Shown: piece by piece, positions 16,534 through 26,681 of the stretch | How the letters are laid out: each line of letters begins with the position of its first letter | How positions within the stretch are numbered: position 1 is the first letter of the stretch | Source of the DNA: a virus | Direction: 5' to 3' (one strand) | IMG/VR virus record: IMGVR_UViG_3300020438_000030 | Coordinates: 3,370-67,369 of that record | Length of the DNA stretch: 64,000 bases | Made by a program: the position numbers and the translations under genes | The notes under the pieces: generated by a model | Told to the model about the DNA's origin: nothing | What the model saw: only the letters and a program-made list of their open reading frames with translations | Database searches by the model: none

Positions 16534-17753
16534 TGATGATCCTGTGCTTCGTCTATATAAATATCTGGCATCATCGTAATAATTTTTCCTTTGTATTGAT
16601 CATGACGTAACTTTGTTGTAATATAACCAGCAAAATTGTGTGCCAAAATCACAACATTATCTGGTTCGTCATCTAACATAAATTGACGACTTTGAATTTT
16701 CATTCCTGTTCCAGGTACAAACAATCCTTGTTTACTTGGTGTGTCATCTACAACATATTGTCCTTTCTCTGAATTCATTTGAAGTGCATTGAGGTATACA
16801 CAACCTTTTGCTGCTGCTCCAAAGAAAACTGTTTTACCTTCTAGCTTATTTAAAAACACTGAGTCTTCGACAATTTTTTTGTAGCATTGACTATAAAAAC
16901 TCCTGTAATCGTATGTTTCTTCTTGTGCAATAAATTTTTCTGCTGCTTCTGTATCGGCATAAAAATCTTTATTAGTAATCCATAAACGCATTGATCCTCC
17001 ATGAATAGCTACTTCTTCTGCATGATAGATATTGAGACCGTATTTAGATAATAATTTTTTAAGTGGTTTAACCATCCAATAGTAATAATGTTCGTGATAA
17101 AACTGATCAAACTGCAACGTTTGAATTGTTCGTAATGTATAAGGAAACTCTAAAATCCAAGTACCATCCAGTTTTGCTGCAATGCCTTCTACAAAACGTT
17201 CAGCATCTGGTGTGTGCTGAAAAACATTTGTTGAAGTAATAAGATCTGCTTTAGGTACCTTGGTATCTTTATTAAAATAATCGTTGACATATTTAATTCC
17301 TTTCTTTTTATTTTCTTTTTTGAAAGATTTACTGGCATCAACGTTGTATAAATTTAAATCTTTTTTGCTTTGAGATTGAAAAGCAGCTAACAATGTACCG
17401 TCATTTCCTCCAATGTCAATGATCGTGTCGTGTCGTAGATGTTTAACTGAATGCCACATCTCTCTGCAGTGATAAATATAAGGCATATTGATACCTGAAT
17501 GATACAAATAATCTTTGTATAATTCGTCACTAGGTACTTCAGTATCTAGTTTGATTAGTAAGTCATTATCAATAGTGGCGCACAGTTGATATTTTTTAGC
17601 GTTTACTGCTGCTTGTTTTGAAAGACATAGATTATTTACTAAAGGTTGAACGCCTAAGTTCAACAGAATTTTTTCACCAACGGAGTTCTTCTCTACGTGA
17701 GGGATTGAACGTCCAGTAGTTGACAGGGAATCCTTTATTAAACGGAGTGTCAT
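16530..17753 (-). CDS. NDP-sugar C-methyltransferase-like protein
   Basis: LGVQPLVN, IDIGGNDG, NVFQH, FDQFYHEH, HGGSMR, FGAAAKG, KQGLFVPG. Confidence 0.85.
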   Translation of the reverse strand: MTLRLIKDSLSTTGRSIPHVEKNSVGEKILLNLGVQPLVNNLCLSKQAAVNAKKYQLCATIDNDLLIKLDTEVPSDELYKDYLYHSGINMPYIYHCREMWHSVKHLRHDTIIDIGGNDGTLLAAFQSQSKKDLNLYNVDASKSFKKENKKKGIKYVNDYFNKDTKVPKADLITSTNVFQHTPDAERFVEGIAAKLDGTWILEFPYTLRTIQTLQFDQFYHEHYYYWMVKPLKKLLSKYGLNIYHAEEVAIHGGSMRLWITNKDFYADTEAAEKFIAQEETYDYRSFYSQCYKKIVEDSVFLNKLEGKTVFFGAAAKGCVYLNALQMNSEKGQYVVDDTPSKQGLFVPGTGMKIQSRQFMLDDEPDNVVILAHNFAGYITTKLRHDQYKGKIITMMPDIYIDEAQDHQ

Positions 17754-18408
17754 ACTTTTCTTGGCCGGGTTTTCCGCCCCATTTCTCTACATAATACATA
17801 TAATTTTGCTGAAATGTATATTGATTTTTCTTTTTAAAACGGCTGGAGCTATTTAATGTGCTGGATCTATCATGTGTATTAGCTAAAGGATAATGTATTA
17901 CATCAGCATTTGCTAATAAAATTCTGCGTTTGTAGTCGTTATCTTCAAAATAACCTGGGAAAAAGTTCTCATCAAGTAATCCTACTTTCTCAATAAGACT
18001 TGATGTAAAAATAAAACCACACATATCGTCTATGCCTTGACCAAGAAATGCACCTTCTTTAAAATTTTTATTTAATAATTTTTTATATTGGCCTTTGGTT
18101 ACCCACCAATCAAAACCAGTGACAATCCAGTAGTCACAATCAGTATTGTCACGTATAATTTGATTCACTGCCCCAGGGTAGCCTGAGTTTTGGTTGTTAC
18201 TGACAACGGCAATCTCTTGAATATGTTCTGGTTTGTTATCGCAAATCCAATCAATAGCTTCGTCTACTGAAGGATTGATACCCATTGAATTATCTAAAAC
18301 GTAATAGCGTTTTATGGGAACATCAATCGATTTAAAATGGCGTACTAATTTCTCACCTTGCACCATAACTGGTACAGCAATAAGATCTAAGCACTTCATG
18401 GTTTTCAA
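17674..18408 (-). CDS. GT2-like glycosyltransferase
   Basis: NSGYPGAVNQII, VGLLDENFFPGYFEDNDY, YYVEKWGG. Confidence 0.8.
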   Translation of the reverse strand: MKTMKCLDLIAVPVMVQGEKLVRHFKSIDVPIKRYYVLDNSMGINPSVDEAIDWICDNKPEHIQEIAVVSNNQNSGYPGAVNQIIRDNTDCDYWIVTGFDWWVTKGQYKKLLNKNFKEGAFLGQGIDDMCGFIFTSSLIEKVGLLDENFFPGYFEDNDYKRRILLANADVIHYPLANTHDRSSTLNSSSRFKKKNQYTFQQNYMYYVEKWGGKPGQEKYDTPFNKGFPVNYWTFNPSRREELRW

Positions 18409-18439
18409 GCTACAATAAATTTAATATACACAACTTACC

Positions 18440-19288
18440 GTGGTTGATACGGATAAATCGCCAACTGTATACGAGCTATTTAACGAAGATCCAGAATCAT
18501 TTCTTGCATTAAACGCACAACCTGCACGAGTTACAATTAATGGCAAACGCCATTATCAAACCCCTTTTCAAACAGGGCCAGCTGCTTCTGTAACTACAAT
18601 TATTAGTGAGACTGCTTCGGAAGCCAATAAGAAGAAGTTAGAGATGTGGGCAAAAGCGAACCCTGGTGTGAAAGAAGCTGCAGCAGAACGTGGAACTGCG
18701 ATACATAGCTGTATGGAGATGTACCTGAAGCAAGAAGACGTTGACGTTCCAGAGGCGTATCAAGAATTTTGGACTGGTATGCCCGAGATTCTTGAACAAT
18801 TTGAAGAAGTCCTTTGGGCAGAAACACCCTTGAGGGATGATCACCAGTTTTCTTTATCCGAAGACGGGATTGGGCGCGTGTGGGGTAGGGACGAGGAAGA
18901 GAGACCATGGGTAGGTAGCCCGGACATCATTGGGATTGCCAACGGCAAGCTGACGCTTGCTGACCTAAAGACTAGTGCCAAACCGTACTGTCGTTGGTGG
19001 CCTAAAGATTTAGAAAAGGGTTGCCCCGAGTGGCGGACCAGACTTGGTGGCTACATGAAGTTCAAGAAGTGCTGTCTTCAACTCGGCGCTTACGCTCTCG
19101 GAATTGAGCAAACACTTAATATGAAAGTACACCAAGCCGCTATCATTGTCTCGACACCCGAAGATACGCAATTGTTTAAAATTTCTCGTCATCACTTAGA
19201 TGTGTGCCAAGAAAAATGGCTAAAGGTTGTAGCAGAATACTACAACCAGATCAGCAACTGTGTTGTATATGATTTAGATACTATTTAA
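18440..19288 (+). CDS. PD-(D/E)XK exonuclease
   Basis: SVTTII, RGTAIH, GSPDII, ADLKTS, QLGAY. Confidence 0.85.
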   Translation: MVDTDKSPTVYELFNEDPESFLALNAQPARVTINGKRHYQTPFQTGPAASVTTIISETASEANKKKLEMWAKANPGVKEAAAERGTAIHSCMEMYLKQEDVDVPEAYQEFWTGMPEILEQFEEVLWAETPLRDDHQFSLSEDGIGRVWGRDEEERPWVGSPDIIGIANGKLTLADLKTSAKPYCRWWPKDLEKGCPEWRTRLGGYMKFKKCCLQLGAYALGIEQTLNMKVHQAAIIVSTPEDTQLFKISRHHLDVCQEKWLKVVAEYYNQISNCVVYDLDTI

Positions 19289-20415
19289 AAAACATACCCA
19301 CTAGATAAAGGGCCTCGTGTAGGTCCTACCAAAGGTTGGTTTAATAAAGATTCAAACCCTGGATAAACTGTTGTTGCAGGAGTTTGAGTCTGAGTAGAGT
19401 TTGGTTTAATTAACGCTTGTACTTGTCCACCTACTTTTCCACCTCTTTCCATGTAATCTTTTAAATAATTTGAAATATATTCTGCATCTTGATTTTTATA
19501 ACCTAGTGCTGCATTGTAATCACTCATAGAAAATTTGTTTCCAAATGCATTTTGTGCATTGTCCATGCCAACGTTTACTTTTGTTGTCGTTGTAACTGGC
19601 TCAGAACCTATGTTCCCTTCTTGAAAAGCCTTGATCATATCTTGAATTTCTTGTTGAGTTCCATCTCCTCCTACATTTTTAATGCCTAATGATTGAGCAG
19701 CATCTTGCATGTCTTGCTCACTTAATCCAGCTGAAGATAGTTGGTTATAAATATCTGCTTTAAAAGGATCATTATAAGTATATTCATTACCTACACGTTG
19801 TTCTGGACTTAACTCTGCAATGCTTCCAAAAGTTGTAGTTCCACCTTCATCGTCATCAGGATCTATATTTGCTTTAACAGACTGAGCACGTTGTAAGAAG
19901 TAATCAAAGTCTCTTCCATCCCAAGAAGCTAGATCTCCTGTTAAACCTCCTTCAGTGGTTTCTGTTACCTTTTTATTTTTATCTAAGTTTGGAAGTTTTA
20001 ATGCTTCAATCTCATCAGCAATATTTTTGTTCTTATCTTTTTCAGGTTTACTAATATCAATAGGAGCTTCTGGCATATATTCATCTGGTACTCCTTGCAA
20101 ACTTTGCCTATAAGTATTAACAAATTGTTGATTCTGGTCCATCGATGTTTGAATACTTTCCGGAATCTCATAATTATTTACACGATAACTATCTCTATCA
20201 CCTCTATAACTACCTGTGGCTACAGAATGATCTCCTGGTTGTCTGGCTAATAACTCTGCAACACTAGCTTGTGCTGTAGAAGTTACAGGATTATTTCCTA
20301 GGTCAGCAATTGTATCGCGTACATCTTGTTTACTTTTCTCTAAACGATCATAATCAATCCTTCCATGAGTTCCGTAATCAGAAGGATTGAAAGGAGGATT
20401 AGGATTGTATACCAT
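19285..20415 (-). CDS. hypothetical protein (virion-protein-like composition)
   Basis: 376-aa ORF rich in G/N/Q/T/D. Confidence 0.7.
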   Translation of the reverse strand: MVYNPNPPFNPSDYGTHGRIDYDRLEKSKQDVRDTIADLGNNPVTSTAQASVAELLARQPGDHSVATGSYRGDRDSYRVNNYEIPESIQTSMDQNQQFVNTYRQSLQGVPDEYMPEAPIDISKPEKDKNKNIADEIEALKLPNLDKNKKVTETTEGGLTGDLASWDGRDFDYFLQRAQSVKANIDPDDDEGGTTTFGSIAELSPEQRVGNEYTYNDPFKADIYNQLSSAGLSEQDMQDAAQSLGIKNVGGDGTQQEIQDMIKAFQEGNIGSEPVTTTTKVNVGMDNAQNAFGNKFSMSDYNAALGYKNQDAEYISNYLKDYMERGGKVGGQVQALIKPNSTQTQTPATTVYPGFESLLNQPLVGPTRGPLSSGYVF

Positions 20416-20526
20416 GATGCTTATGCTTTCTTCTTATTTTAAGACAAAATATTTTGATTGTTAATACTCTATCCGCTCCAGGTTTAATTCACTTAAGATA
20501 AAGGAACACAAAAAGAAATCGGCTCC

Positions 20527-20700
20527 ATGGACCACAAGATCCAGTTGGGCCAGTGGATTTCGTATATCACTAGTATCATGGCTTCGGCTAAGGATGGTGA
20601 TTGTTTTCTGCTGCCAACTAACGCTCATCTACATGCTTATGAAATAGCAAAAAACACTGCAGCTATCTCAAAATGTTTTAAAGTAAAAGTCGAACAATGA
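20527..20700 (+). CDS. hypothetical protein (57 aa)
   Basis: MDHKIQLGQW...KVKVEQ; ATGA overlap with the primase gene. Confidence 0.6.
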   Translation: MDHKIQLGQWISYITSIMASAKDGDCFLLPTNAHLHAYEIAKNTAAISKCFKVKVEQ

Positions 20701-23306
20701 ATTTAATGTCAAATCAAAATTTTAATGCTCTCAAGCCAGGGGAAATTAATCTTTCTTTGATTCCTGTTGATTGGCCCTTAACTCCTTTAGGAGAAAATAA
20801 AAATCCTTACAAAGCTGGGTGGCAAAATAAACCTTTTACTGTAAAAGATATTTCTCATGAGATTGAAGAAAACGTTTGTAAGGCTGTTGGCCTTTTAGGT
20901 GGTCCTGTTTATAACGAGCCTTATGGTTTTGTTTGGGTTGATATTGATGGCCCTACTGTTTACGAAAAAATTAAAGAATTATCAAACGCAACAATTGATG
21001 AAGCACTGCCTTCTACCTTAACTATTTGTTCTGGCCGTGAAGGTCGTGAACGAAAACTATATAAAGCACCTAAAAAAATATGGGATAAATTTATTCGTAA
21101 CAAATATTGCTGGCATGCAGAAGGTAATCATGAAAAATTAGAAGTTCTTTGGAAGCGTCACCAGGGTGTTTTGATGGGTGCCCACCCTAATACGGAAGGG
21201 TATTACACAAAAGAAAATGAAGATTTTACATTCATAGATAAAATTCCTGACTTGCCTTCTTGGCTTTTAACTGAAATTGTAATTAAAAATAAAAAACAAG
21301 GTTCGCCTAAAGAAGAAACAACTAGAGTTTTTGGTCCTAATTTTGCAATCAATTCTTTTATTTCAATTGAACGTACAATGCAAGAGGCGGTAGAAGCCAT
21401 GTGGGCTTTGCCTCCAGAAACAGCTGATGACTACGATCACTGGATTACTATTGGGCAATCACTTCATTCTGTAGACGATACATTACTAGATTCTTGGGAC
21501 GAATGGTCTAAACAATCTAGTAAATATAAAGATGGTGAATGTCATCGTCGTTGGTTATCTTTTTCAAAAGCAGGTGGTAGAGGTATTGGATCTTTATTTC
21601 ATCTGGCAAAAGAAAATGGCTGGCAAGCAGATCAAAGCTATAGAGGTCTAAATGTTGATGACACGCTATTGGAATATGCTGTACAACAATTTGAACAATT
21701 CGAAAACAATTTTATGCCTTCCTCTAATGAAGTTGAAACTCCTGTACGCAGGCATCGTATAAGTACCCGACAAGAAGCTAAAGAAGATAGAAAAGCAAAA
21801 CGAAATAAACCTGATGATTTTCTTGTGAGTATGTTGCTCACTATGTATCAAGGAAATTTTCTTTTCTCTCAAGGACATGATGAGTTCTTTATGTACAATT
21901 CAAAGTCTCCTGGACTTTGGGCACCTTTAAATGAACTAGAAGCTAAAGCAGATATTTATAACAAGCTTGACATCATAAAAGAAGAGCACTTACCAAGAGG
22001 ATTTGGTCCTCGTTTAATCAATGACATGTATGCCATGTTAAAAATTCAACTTGCTTTTGATGACTGGAATGAAAATAAAAATTTATTGCTGTTTAAAAAT
22101 GGTGTCTTAGACGTTAACTCTTTAAGTCTGATGCCTTTCCAGCGGGAGTTTTATCTGATTCAACTCTTGCCTTATGACTACAATCCACATGCTGAGTGTG
22201 AAACAATTATTAAATGGTTGAAGTTTACGCAAGACGGTGACTGGGGTCGTGTTCAAGTCTTACGTGCTTGGTTGCGTGCTGTACTTTTAGGGGCTTCTGA
22301 TATTCAAAAATTTGTAGAGATTGTTGGTCCTGGTAAATCAGGTAAATCTACCTATGCCAATCTTTGTAATGCTTTGGTAGGCGATGAAAACACAACGATT
22401 TCAACCTTAGAACATCTAGAAAAAAATAGATTTGAAACTGCAAATTTATTTAAAAAGAAACTCTTACTCTTTAATGATGTTGAACGTTATGGCGGTAGTG
22501 TTTCTATTCTTAAAGCGTTAACAGGTCGTGACCTACTTCGGAATGAGCATAAGTATCAAGTTGGTAAACAAAAACCATTTAAGTTTGATGGTCTTTGTAT
22601 GATTACTGCCAATGAGCCGATTCAAACTACTGATCCTACATCTGGTTTGGCTCGTCGTCGTTTGACTATTCCTTTTAATAATCCATTTAGAGGTTCAGCT
22701 AAAGAACAAAAAACCTTGATTGATATGGATGATCAAGGCAATGCGTTTGGTGAGTTTGCTCCTCTGCTTCCAGGGCTTGTCAATTGGTTATTAGATATGT
22801 CTCATGATCAGATGCGTGAGTATCTAATGGAAACAACTAAGCAAGTTAAGTTCTTTGCTGATTACACTATTGACCAACAATTAAAATCCAATCCTGTTAA
22901 AGATTGGATGCATCACTGCTTAGTGTTTGAGCTAAATACTTCTGCTCAAATTGGTTTTAAAAAGTTTGCTCCACAAGGTAGTTCTACTCATTACGCTAAA
23001 ACAAATGAATGGTTGTATGCCAGCTACTGTGAATTCTGCATGAATTCAAATAACAACATCATGTCTCGTTCTAGATTTGAATCGTTGTTGATGGATATCT
23101 TTAATCATCAACTACATCTGAACGTATACTGCAAACGCAATACAAAAGGTTTGCGTATCTTTAATGTAGCTATTCGTTCTGGTCAACAACGCTACGATAG
23201 CTACCCATCGTTGGTAGATTTAGGAGAGAATCCAGAACGGTATAAAGATTTTTATGGGCAAATTGATGTTGGGTACAAACAACATCTACCTAATAATCAA
23301 GATTAA
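20697..23306 (+). CDS. primase-helicase (Prim-Pol + PriCT-2 + D5/SF3 helicase)
   Basis: VWVDIDG (AEP), YDHWITIGQSLH...WDEWS...LFHLAKENGW (PriCT-2), FKNGVLD (D5_N), Walker A GPGKSGKST, ITANE. Confidence 0.92.
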   Translation: MNLMSNQNFNALKPGEINLSLIPVDWPLTPLGENKNPYKAGWQNKPFTVKDISHEIEENVCKAVGLLGGPVYNEPYGFVWVDIDGPTVYEKIKELSNATIDEALPSTLTICSGREGRERKLYKAPKKIWDKFIRNKYCWHAEGNHEKLEVLWKRHQGVLMGAHPNTEGYYTKENEDFTFIDKIPDLPSWLLTEIVIKNKKQGSPKEETTRVFGPNFAINSFISIERTMQEAVEAMWALPPETADDYDHWITIGQSLHSVDDTLLDSWDEWSKQSSKYKDGECHRRWLSFSKAGGRGIGSLFHLAKENGWQADQSYRGLNVDDTLLEYAVQQFEQFENNFMPSSNEVETPVRRHRISTRQEAKEDRKAKRNKPDDFLVSMLLTMYQGNFLFSQGHDEFFMYNSKSPGLWAPLNELEAKADIYNKLDIIKEEHLPRGFGPRLINDMYAMLKIQLAFDDWNENKNLLLFKNGVLDVNSLSLMPFQREFYLIQLLPYDYNPHAECETIIKWLKFTQDGDWGRVQVLRAWLRAVLLGASDIQKFVEIVGPGKSGKSTYANLCNALVGDENTTISTLEHLEKNRFETANLFKKKLLLFNDVERYGGSVSILKALTGRDLLRNEHKYQVGKQKPFKFDGLCMITANEPIQTTDPTSGLARRRLTIPFNNPFRGSAKEQKTLIDMDDQGNAFGEFAPLLPGLVNWLLDMSHDQMREYLMETTKQVKFFADYTIDQQLKSNPVKDWMHHCLVFELNTSAQIGFKKFAPQGSSTHYAKTNEWLYASYCEFCMNSNNNIMSRSRFESLLMDIFNHQLHLNVYCKRNTKGLRIFNVAIRSGQQRYDSYPSLVDLGENPERYKDFYGQIDVGYKQHLPNNQD

Positions 23307-23337
23307 TTGTTATAGTTAGATCAGTTTTTATGATCTA

Positions 23338-24588
23338 ATGTCTAAGAAGCCGAAGATTTTGTGGTCGGGTGACATCGTTGCCCGTACTGGTTTTGCACGT
23401 GTTACTGAAAACCTAATCACTAGGCTAAAAGATCGGTACGAAATTGTTGTCTTAGGCAATAACTGGTGGGGAGATCCGAATGAATTCCAAGCGGATTTTA
23501 AAATGTTCCCTTCATCTAATCGCTTCCAAACTGAACCGTTTGGTGTGCAACGTATTCGTCAAATTACAGAGCAAGAAAAACCTGATTTAGTTTTTGTTAA
23601 CAATGATGCTTGGATTGTTAATCAAATCTATAGCCAAATTAAAGATTTTCATGAGGCTGGCAACTTTAAATTTGTTGCTTACATGCCTATGGATAGCTAT
23701 GGCTGGACTGGCTGTTTAACTGACCATGCTAATAGTTGGGATGGCATTGTTGTTTATACAGAATTTGGTGCCCATGAGTTTCATTCTGCTGGTATCAGTA
23801 AGCCTGTTACTGTCATTCCTCATGGTGTAACAGATGGGCAATTCTTCCCCATGGATCAGGCTGAATGTCGCCGTCGTTTAAACTTAGCTGAAGAAGGCTT
23901 CATTGTATTTAATGGTAATCGTAACCAGGCACGCAAACGTATCGACATCACAATTGATGCCTTTGCTGAATTTGCTATCGGTCGTCCTGATACCAAGCTC
24001 TATCTTCATATGGGTAAGAAAGATCAAGGGTGGGATGTTATGAATCTCTTTGGTCGTGAGATGAGAAAGCGAGGTCTTGATCCTAATGGTCGTATCATCA
24101 TGACTACAGATACTCCTCAACCTCCTTCTGTAGACGTTGGCTTACTAAATATTATTTATAATGCTTGTGATGTAGGTGTAAATACCTGCAAAGGAGAAGG
24201 GCATGGCTTGGTTAACCATGAGCATGCTTCCTGTGGGGTCGCCCAGGTGGTACCTAACCACACGTCTTGTAAGGAGATCTTTGAAGGTGCTGCGCCTTTA
24301 ATTGATAACTGTTTTATAGACGTAGACATGAACTACAACCGTGATATGCCAGTTCCAAGTGCGGAACATTTGACTGAGATCTTAATTGAGCTTTATGAGA
24401 ATCCTGCAAAGCTTGCTGATGTTGGTGCTGCTTGTTACCAAAGGGCCACTGACGCTAAGTACCAGTGGGATACCATTGCTGAACAATTTAACGAGGTCTT
24501 TGAGGAAACTCTTAAGGATCTGGTAGAAATTGATAAACCTGTAGTGCGTAAGCCTAAGCGACGAAAGAAAGCTCCTGTAACAGCATGA
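23338..24588 (+). CDS. GT-B fold (GT4) glycosyltransferase
   Basis: TGFARV, IPHGV, NRNQARKRID, YNACDV, GEGHGLVNHEHASCG. Confidence 0.85.
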   Translation: MSKKPKILWSGDIVARTGFARVTENLITRLKDRYEIVVLGNNWWGDPNEFQADFKMFPSSNRFQTEPFGVQRIRQITEQEKPDLVFVNNDAWIVNQIYSQIKDFHEAGNFKFVAYMPMDSYGWTGCLTDHANSWDGIVVYTEFGAHEFHSAGISKPVTVIPHGVTDGQFFPMDQAECRRRLNLAEEGFIVFNGNRNQARKRIDITIDAFAEFAIGRPDTKLYLHMGKKDQGWDVMNLFGREMRKRGLDPNGRIIMTTDTPQPPSVDVGLLNIIYNACDVGVNTCKGEGHGLVNHEHASCGVAQVVPNHTSCKEIFEGAAPLIDNCFIDVDMNYNRDMPVPSAEHLTEILIELYENPAKLADVGAACYQRATDAKYQWDTIAEQFNEVFEETLKDLVEIDKPVVRKPKRRKKAPVTA

Positions 24589-24593
24589 ACTTT

Positions 24594-24621
24594 TTGGGGC
24601 CTTTTGGGTCCCAATTTTTTT
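24594..24621 (+). terminator. intrinsic terminator after the GT4 gene
   Basis: TTGGGGCC-loop-GGTCCCAA followed by T7. Confidence 0.55.
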
Positions 24622-24805
24622 GTAGGGCGGAGTTTGCTTGTCTCATTTCAATCTCAGCCCTGCTGTAATCCATTGCTAGAGAAGGGGTTCCAGCTATTAG
24701 GGCGGATCTCGACCCCCCTAAACCTCTTAGTCTTAGAACAACGGCCATTTAGGTGGCTCATTTTGGTAGACACTTTGGGGCGTCTCACAAGACTTACAGT
24801 GATAA

Positions 24806-24843
24806 CCCAAATGGTACGCCCAAATGGTACGCCCAAATGGCCG
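24806..24843. repeat. 13-bp tandem repeat, about 3 copies
   Basis: CCCAAATGGTACG CCCAAATGGTACG CCCAAATGGCCG. Confidence 0.9.
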
Positions 24844-24929
24844 TTATTACTATAATAAGAGTAAATAGGGGGTGAGAATGATGAGACTTACGTGAGATCT
24901 ATTGCGCTGCAGTCGATTTACATCGAAAA

Positions 24930-24963
24930 CAAAGTCCGCCCTGAGACACCAAAGTCCGCCCTA
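24930..24963. repeat. direct repeat CAAAGTCCGCCCT x2, with inverted copies at 24623 and 24698
   Basis: Copies at 24930-24942 and 24950-24962; TAGGGCGGA at 24623-24631 and 24698-24706. Confidence 0.85.
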
Positions 24964-24966
24964 ACC

Positions 24967-25668
24967 ATGGCAAACACTCTTACCAATCGCAAGAAAAGAG
25001 CCAAAGACATCCTAGATGGGTTGAATTTTCGGTACCTTCCAGATGAGGAGGATGAAACCCTGGAGGCTTTGGGTTATTACAGAGGATTTTCTTGTCCCTT
25101 TGGTCACCAGATTCGAGATAAGAAAGATCACTGGTGTTACCACTGTGTTCGCCGCATCCAAGGGAACATCTGTGGTTTAGATATTAATTATTTACATAAC
25201 ATTTATCAACAAGATGCAAGAGAAGTTTTAAGTCTTGTTGATATTAAAGGGCCTGATGAGTGTTGGCCTATAAAAATTAACACTGATTCTTATAGAGGTA
25301 TTAGCTCTCCTAAACGAGTTAATTTTCCTTCTTATCGAACAAAAAATATGGATCGTCGCACTGATAAAGTCAGTATCCATAAAGCAATTTATACATTTAC
25401 CTGGGGGGATGTAGGTAGCATGCGCGTTAGTCGGCGGTGTCGTAATAATTGGTGTGGTAATCCATTACATATGTGCTCCAGCTGGAATAGAGCTGATTTA
25501 TTAAAAGACTTTCATTACTTAGATCTTAAAATTAACCCAAAAAAATTATTGCTTATGGCTAAACGTCATCGTCATAATCTTCCAATAGAAGAGTTAATTG
25601 CCATGTCTTATCGCCCTACAATTTCCAGTCCCCAGTCTGTAGACATTTCCCAGAAGTACAATAGATAA
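24967..25668 (+). CDS. His-Me finger (His-Cys box) endonuclease-like protein, probably degenerate
   Basis: CPFGH...CYHC zinc motif, GPDECWP, IHKAIY, RRCRNNWCGNPLHM (canonical HxCxNxxCxNPxHL). Confidence 0.65.
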   Translation: MANTLTNRKKRAKDILDGLNFRYLPDEEDETLEALGYYRGFSCPFGHQIRDKKDHWCYHCVRRIQGNICGLDINYLHNIYQQDAREVLSLVDIKGPDECWPIKINTDSYRGISSPKRVNFPSYRTKNMDRRTDKVSIHKAIYTFTWGDVGSMRVSRRCRNNWCGNPLHMCSSWNRADLLKDFHYLDLKINPKKLLLMAKRHRHNLPIEELIAMSYRPTISSPQSVDISQKYNR

Positions 25669-25686
25669 TAAAGTCTATGTGGGCGA

Positions 25687-26652
25687 ATGACAGCTCAAAG
25701 GGAACGTTCACAAAATAATCCTTTAAATCTTGGTACTTTTACACGCACTTCACTGCGAATGTTAAAAGGTACTCTGGGACCTAAAAGTCAGGTTATCCCT
25801 GGTGGTTATGGACGTGAAACATACAACCATTGGTTTCAGGTTACGTTAGCCAGTCCTGCTTGGATTATTTTATTTAAAGCTTCTTCTGCTTTAGCAAGCG
25901 GTACTAACCAATTATCTTCTCGTCGTTCTTCTTTAAACGACCGGTTTATGGTTACGGTATACGATCAAAACCGTAGTCCTCTTCAAGGTCGTAGTATTTT
26001 TCAAGCTGATTCAGCTATTGTTTACAGTCCAAAAGATACTTTTCATTCTAGTTTTAGCAACAGTTATATTGGGCATGTAATGAATGCTCAAAGTGATTTA
26101 TATAACACAATAGAACCTGATCGTGCTGACCAAGGGGATGATCGTTATTTTCCTTTAGGTGCAGGTAATTATTTAATTTGTGTTTCAGCAACGCGCAATG
26201 AAGAGTTTGACTACGGTGTTGGCTTAGTAGTTGAGTTTCAAATTCCACAGGATGAATTATTTTTTCTTTGTGAAGATACTTCTGACATTACTTATTTAAT
26301 TACTGAAAACGATCTCAGTGAATCAGTTGTTGAATTTGTTCCTGAAGAAGTCACAAGTGGAATTACTCTTGCTGCTTTAAATGGTTTTACAGAAAATCTG
26401 TGTACAATCATTGATCCAGATGGTGTAGTGCAAGTTAATTATGCAACTGTAGAAGGCAATCCATTGTCATGGTTAATTGGTCCAGATCCTGGAGATATTG
26501 CTATTGGTCGTGTCTTATTAGACGCTACTAAAAACTGGATTGATACTACACATGAACACTCTCTAACTGAATGGCGTGAAGCATGGCTACGTGATCATTC
26601 AATGGATGATAAATTTCCTAATGTTTTTGCAACATATACAAACGCTGCTTAG
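25687..26652 (+). CDS. hypothetical protein (beta-rich, possibly structural)
   Basis: 321-aa ORF; NHWFQVTL and LGAGNYLICVS resemble PPC-type beta-sandwich strands. Confidence 0.7.
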   Translation: MTAQRERSQNNPLNLGTFTRTSLRMLKGTLGPKSQVIPGGYGRETYNHWFQVTLASPAWIILFKASSALASGTNQLSSRRSSLNDRFMVTVYDQNRSPLQGRSIFQADSAIVYSPKDTFHSSFSNSYIGHVMNAQSDLYNTIEPDRADQGDDRYFPLGAGNYLICVSATRNEEFDYGVGLVVEFQIPQDELFFLCEDTSDITYLITENDLSESVVEFVPEEVTSGITLAALNGFTENLCTIIDPDGVVQVNYATVEGNPLSWLIGPDPGDIAIGRVLLDATKNWIDTTHEHSLTEWREAWLRDHSMDDKFPNVFATYTNAA

Positions 26653-26681
26653 GTATACAATAAATGAGTGTCTAAATAATT

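Noticed and set aside
24554-24966. Three short track ORFs and the GTG-start extension at 24892
   Set aside because: They cross the repeat-rich non-coding region, have atypical composition and overlap each other
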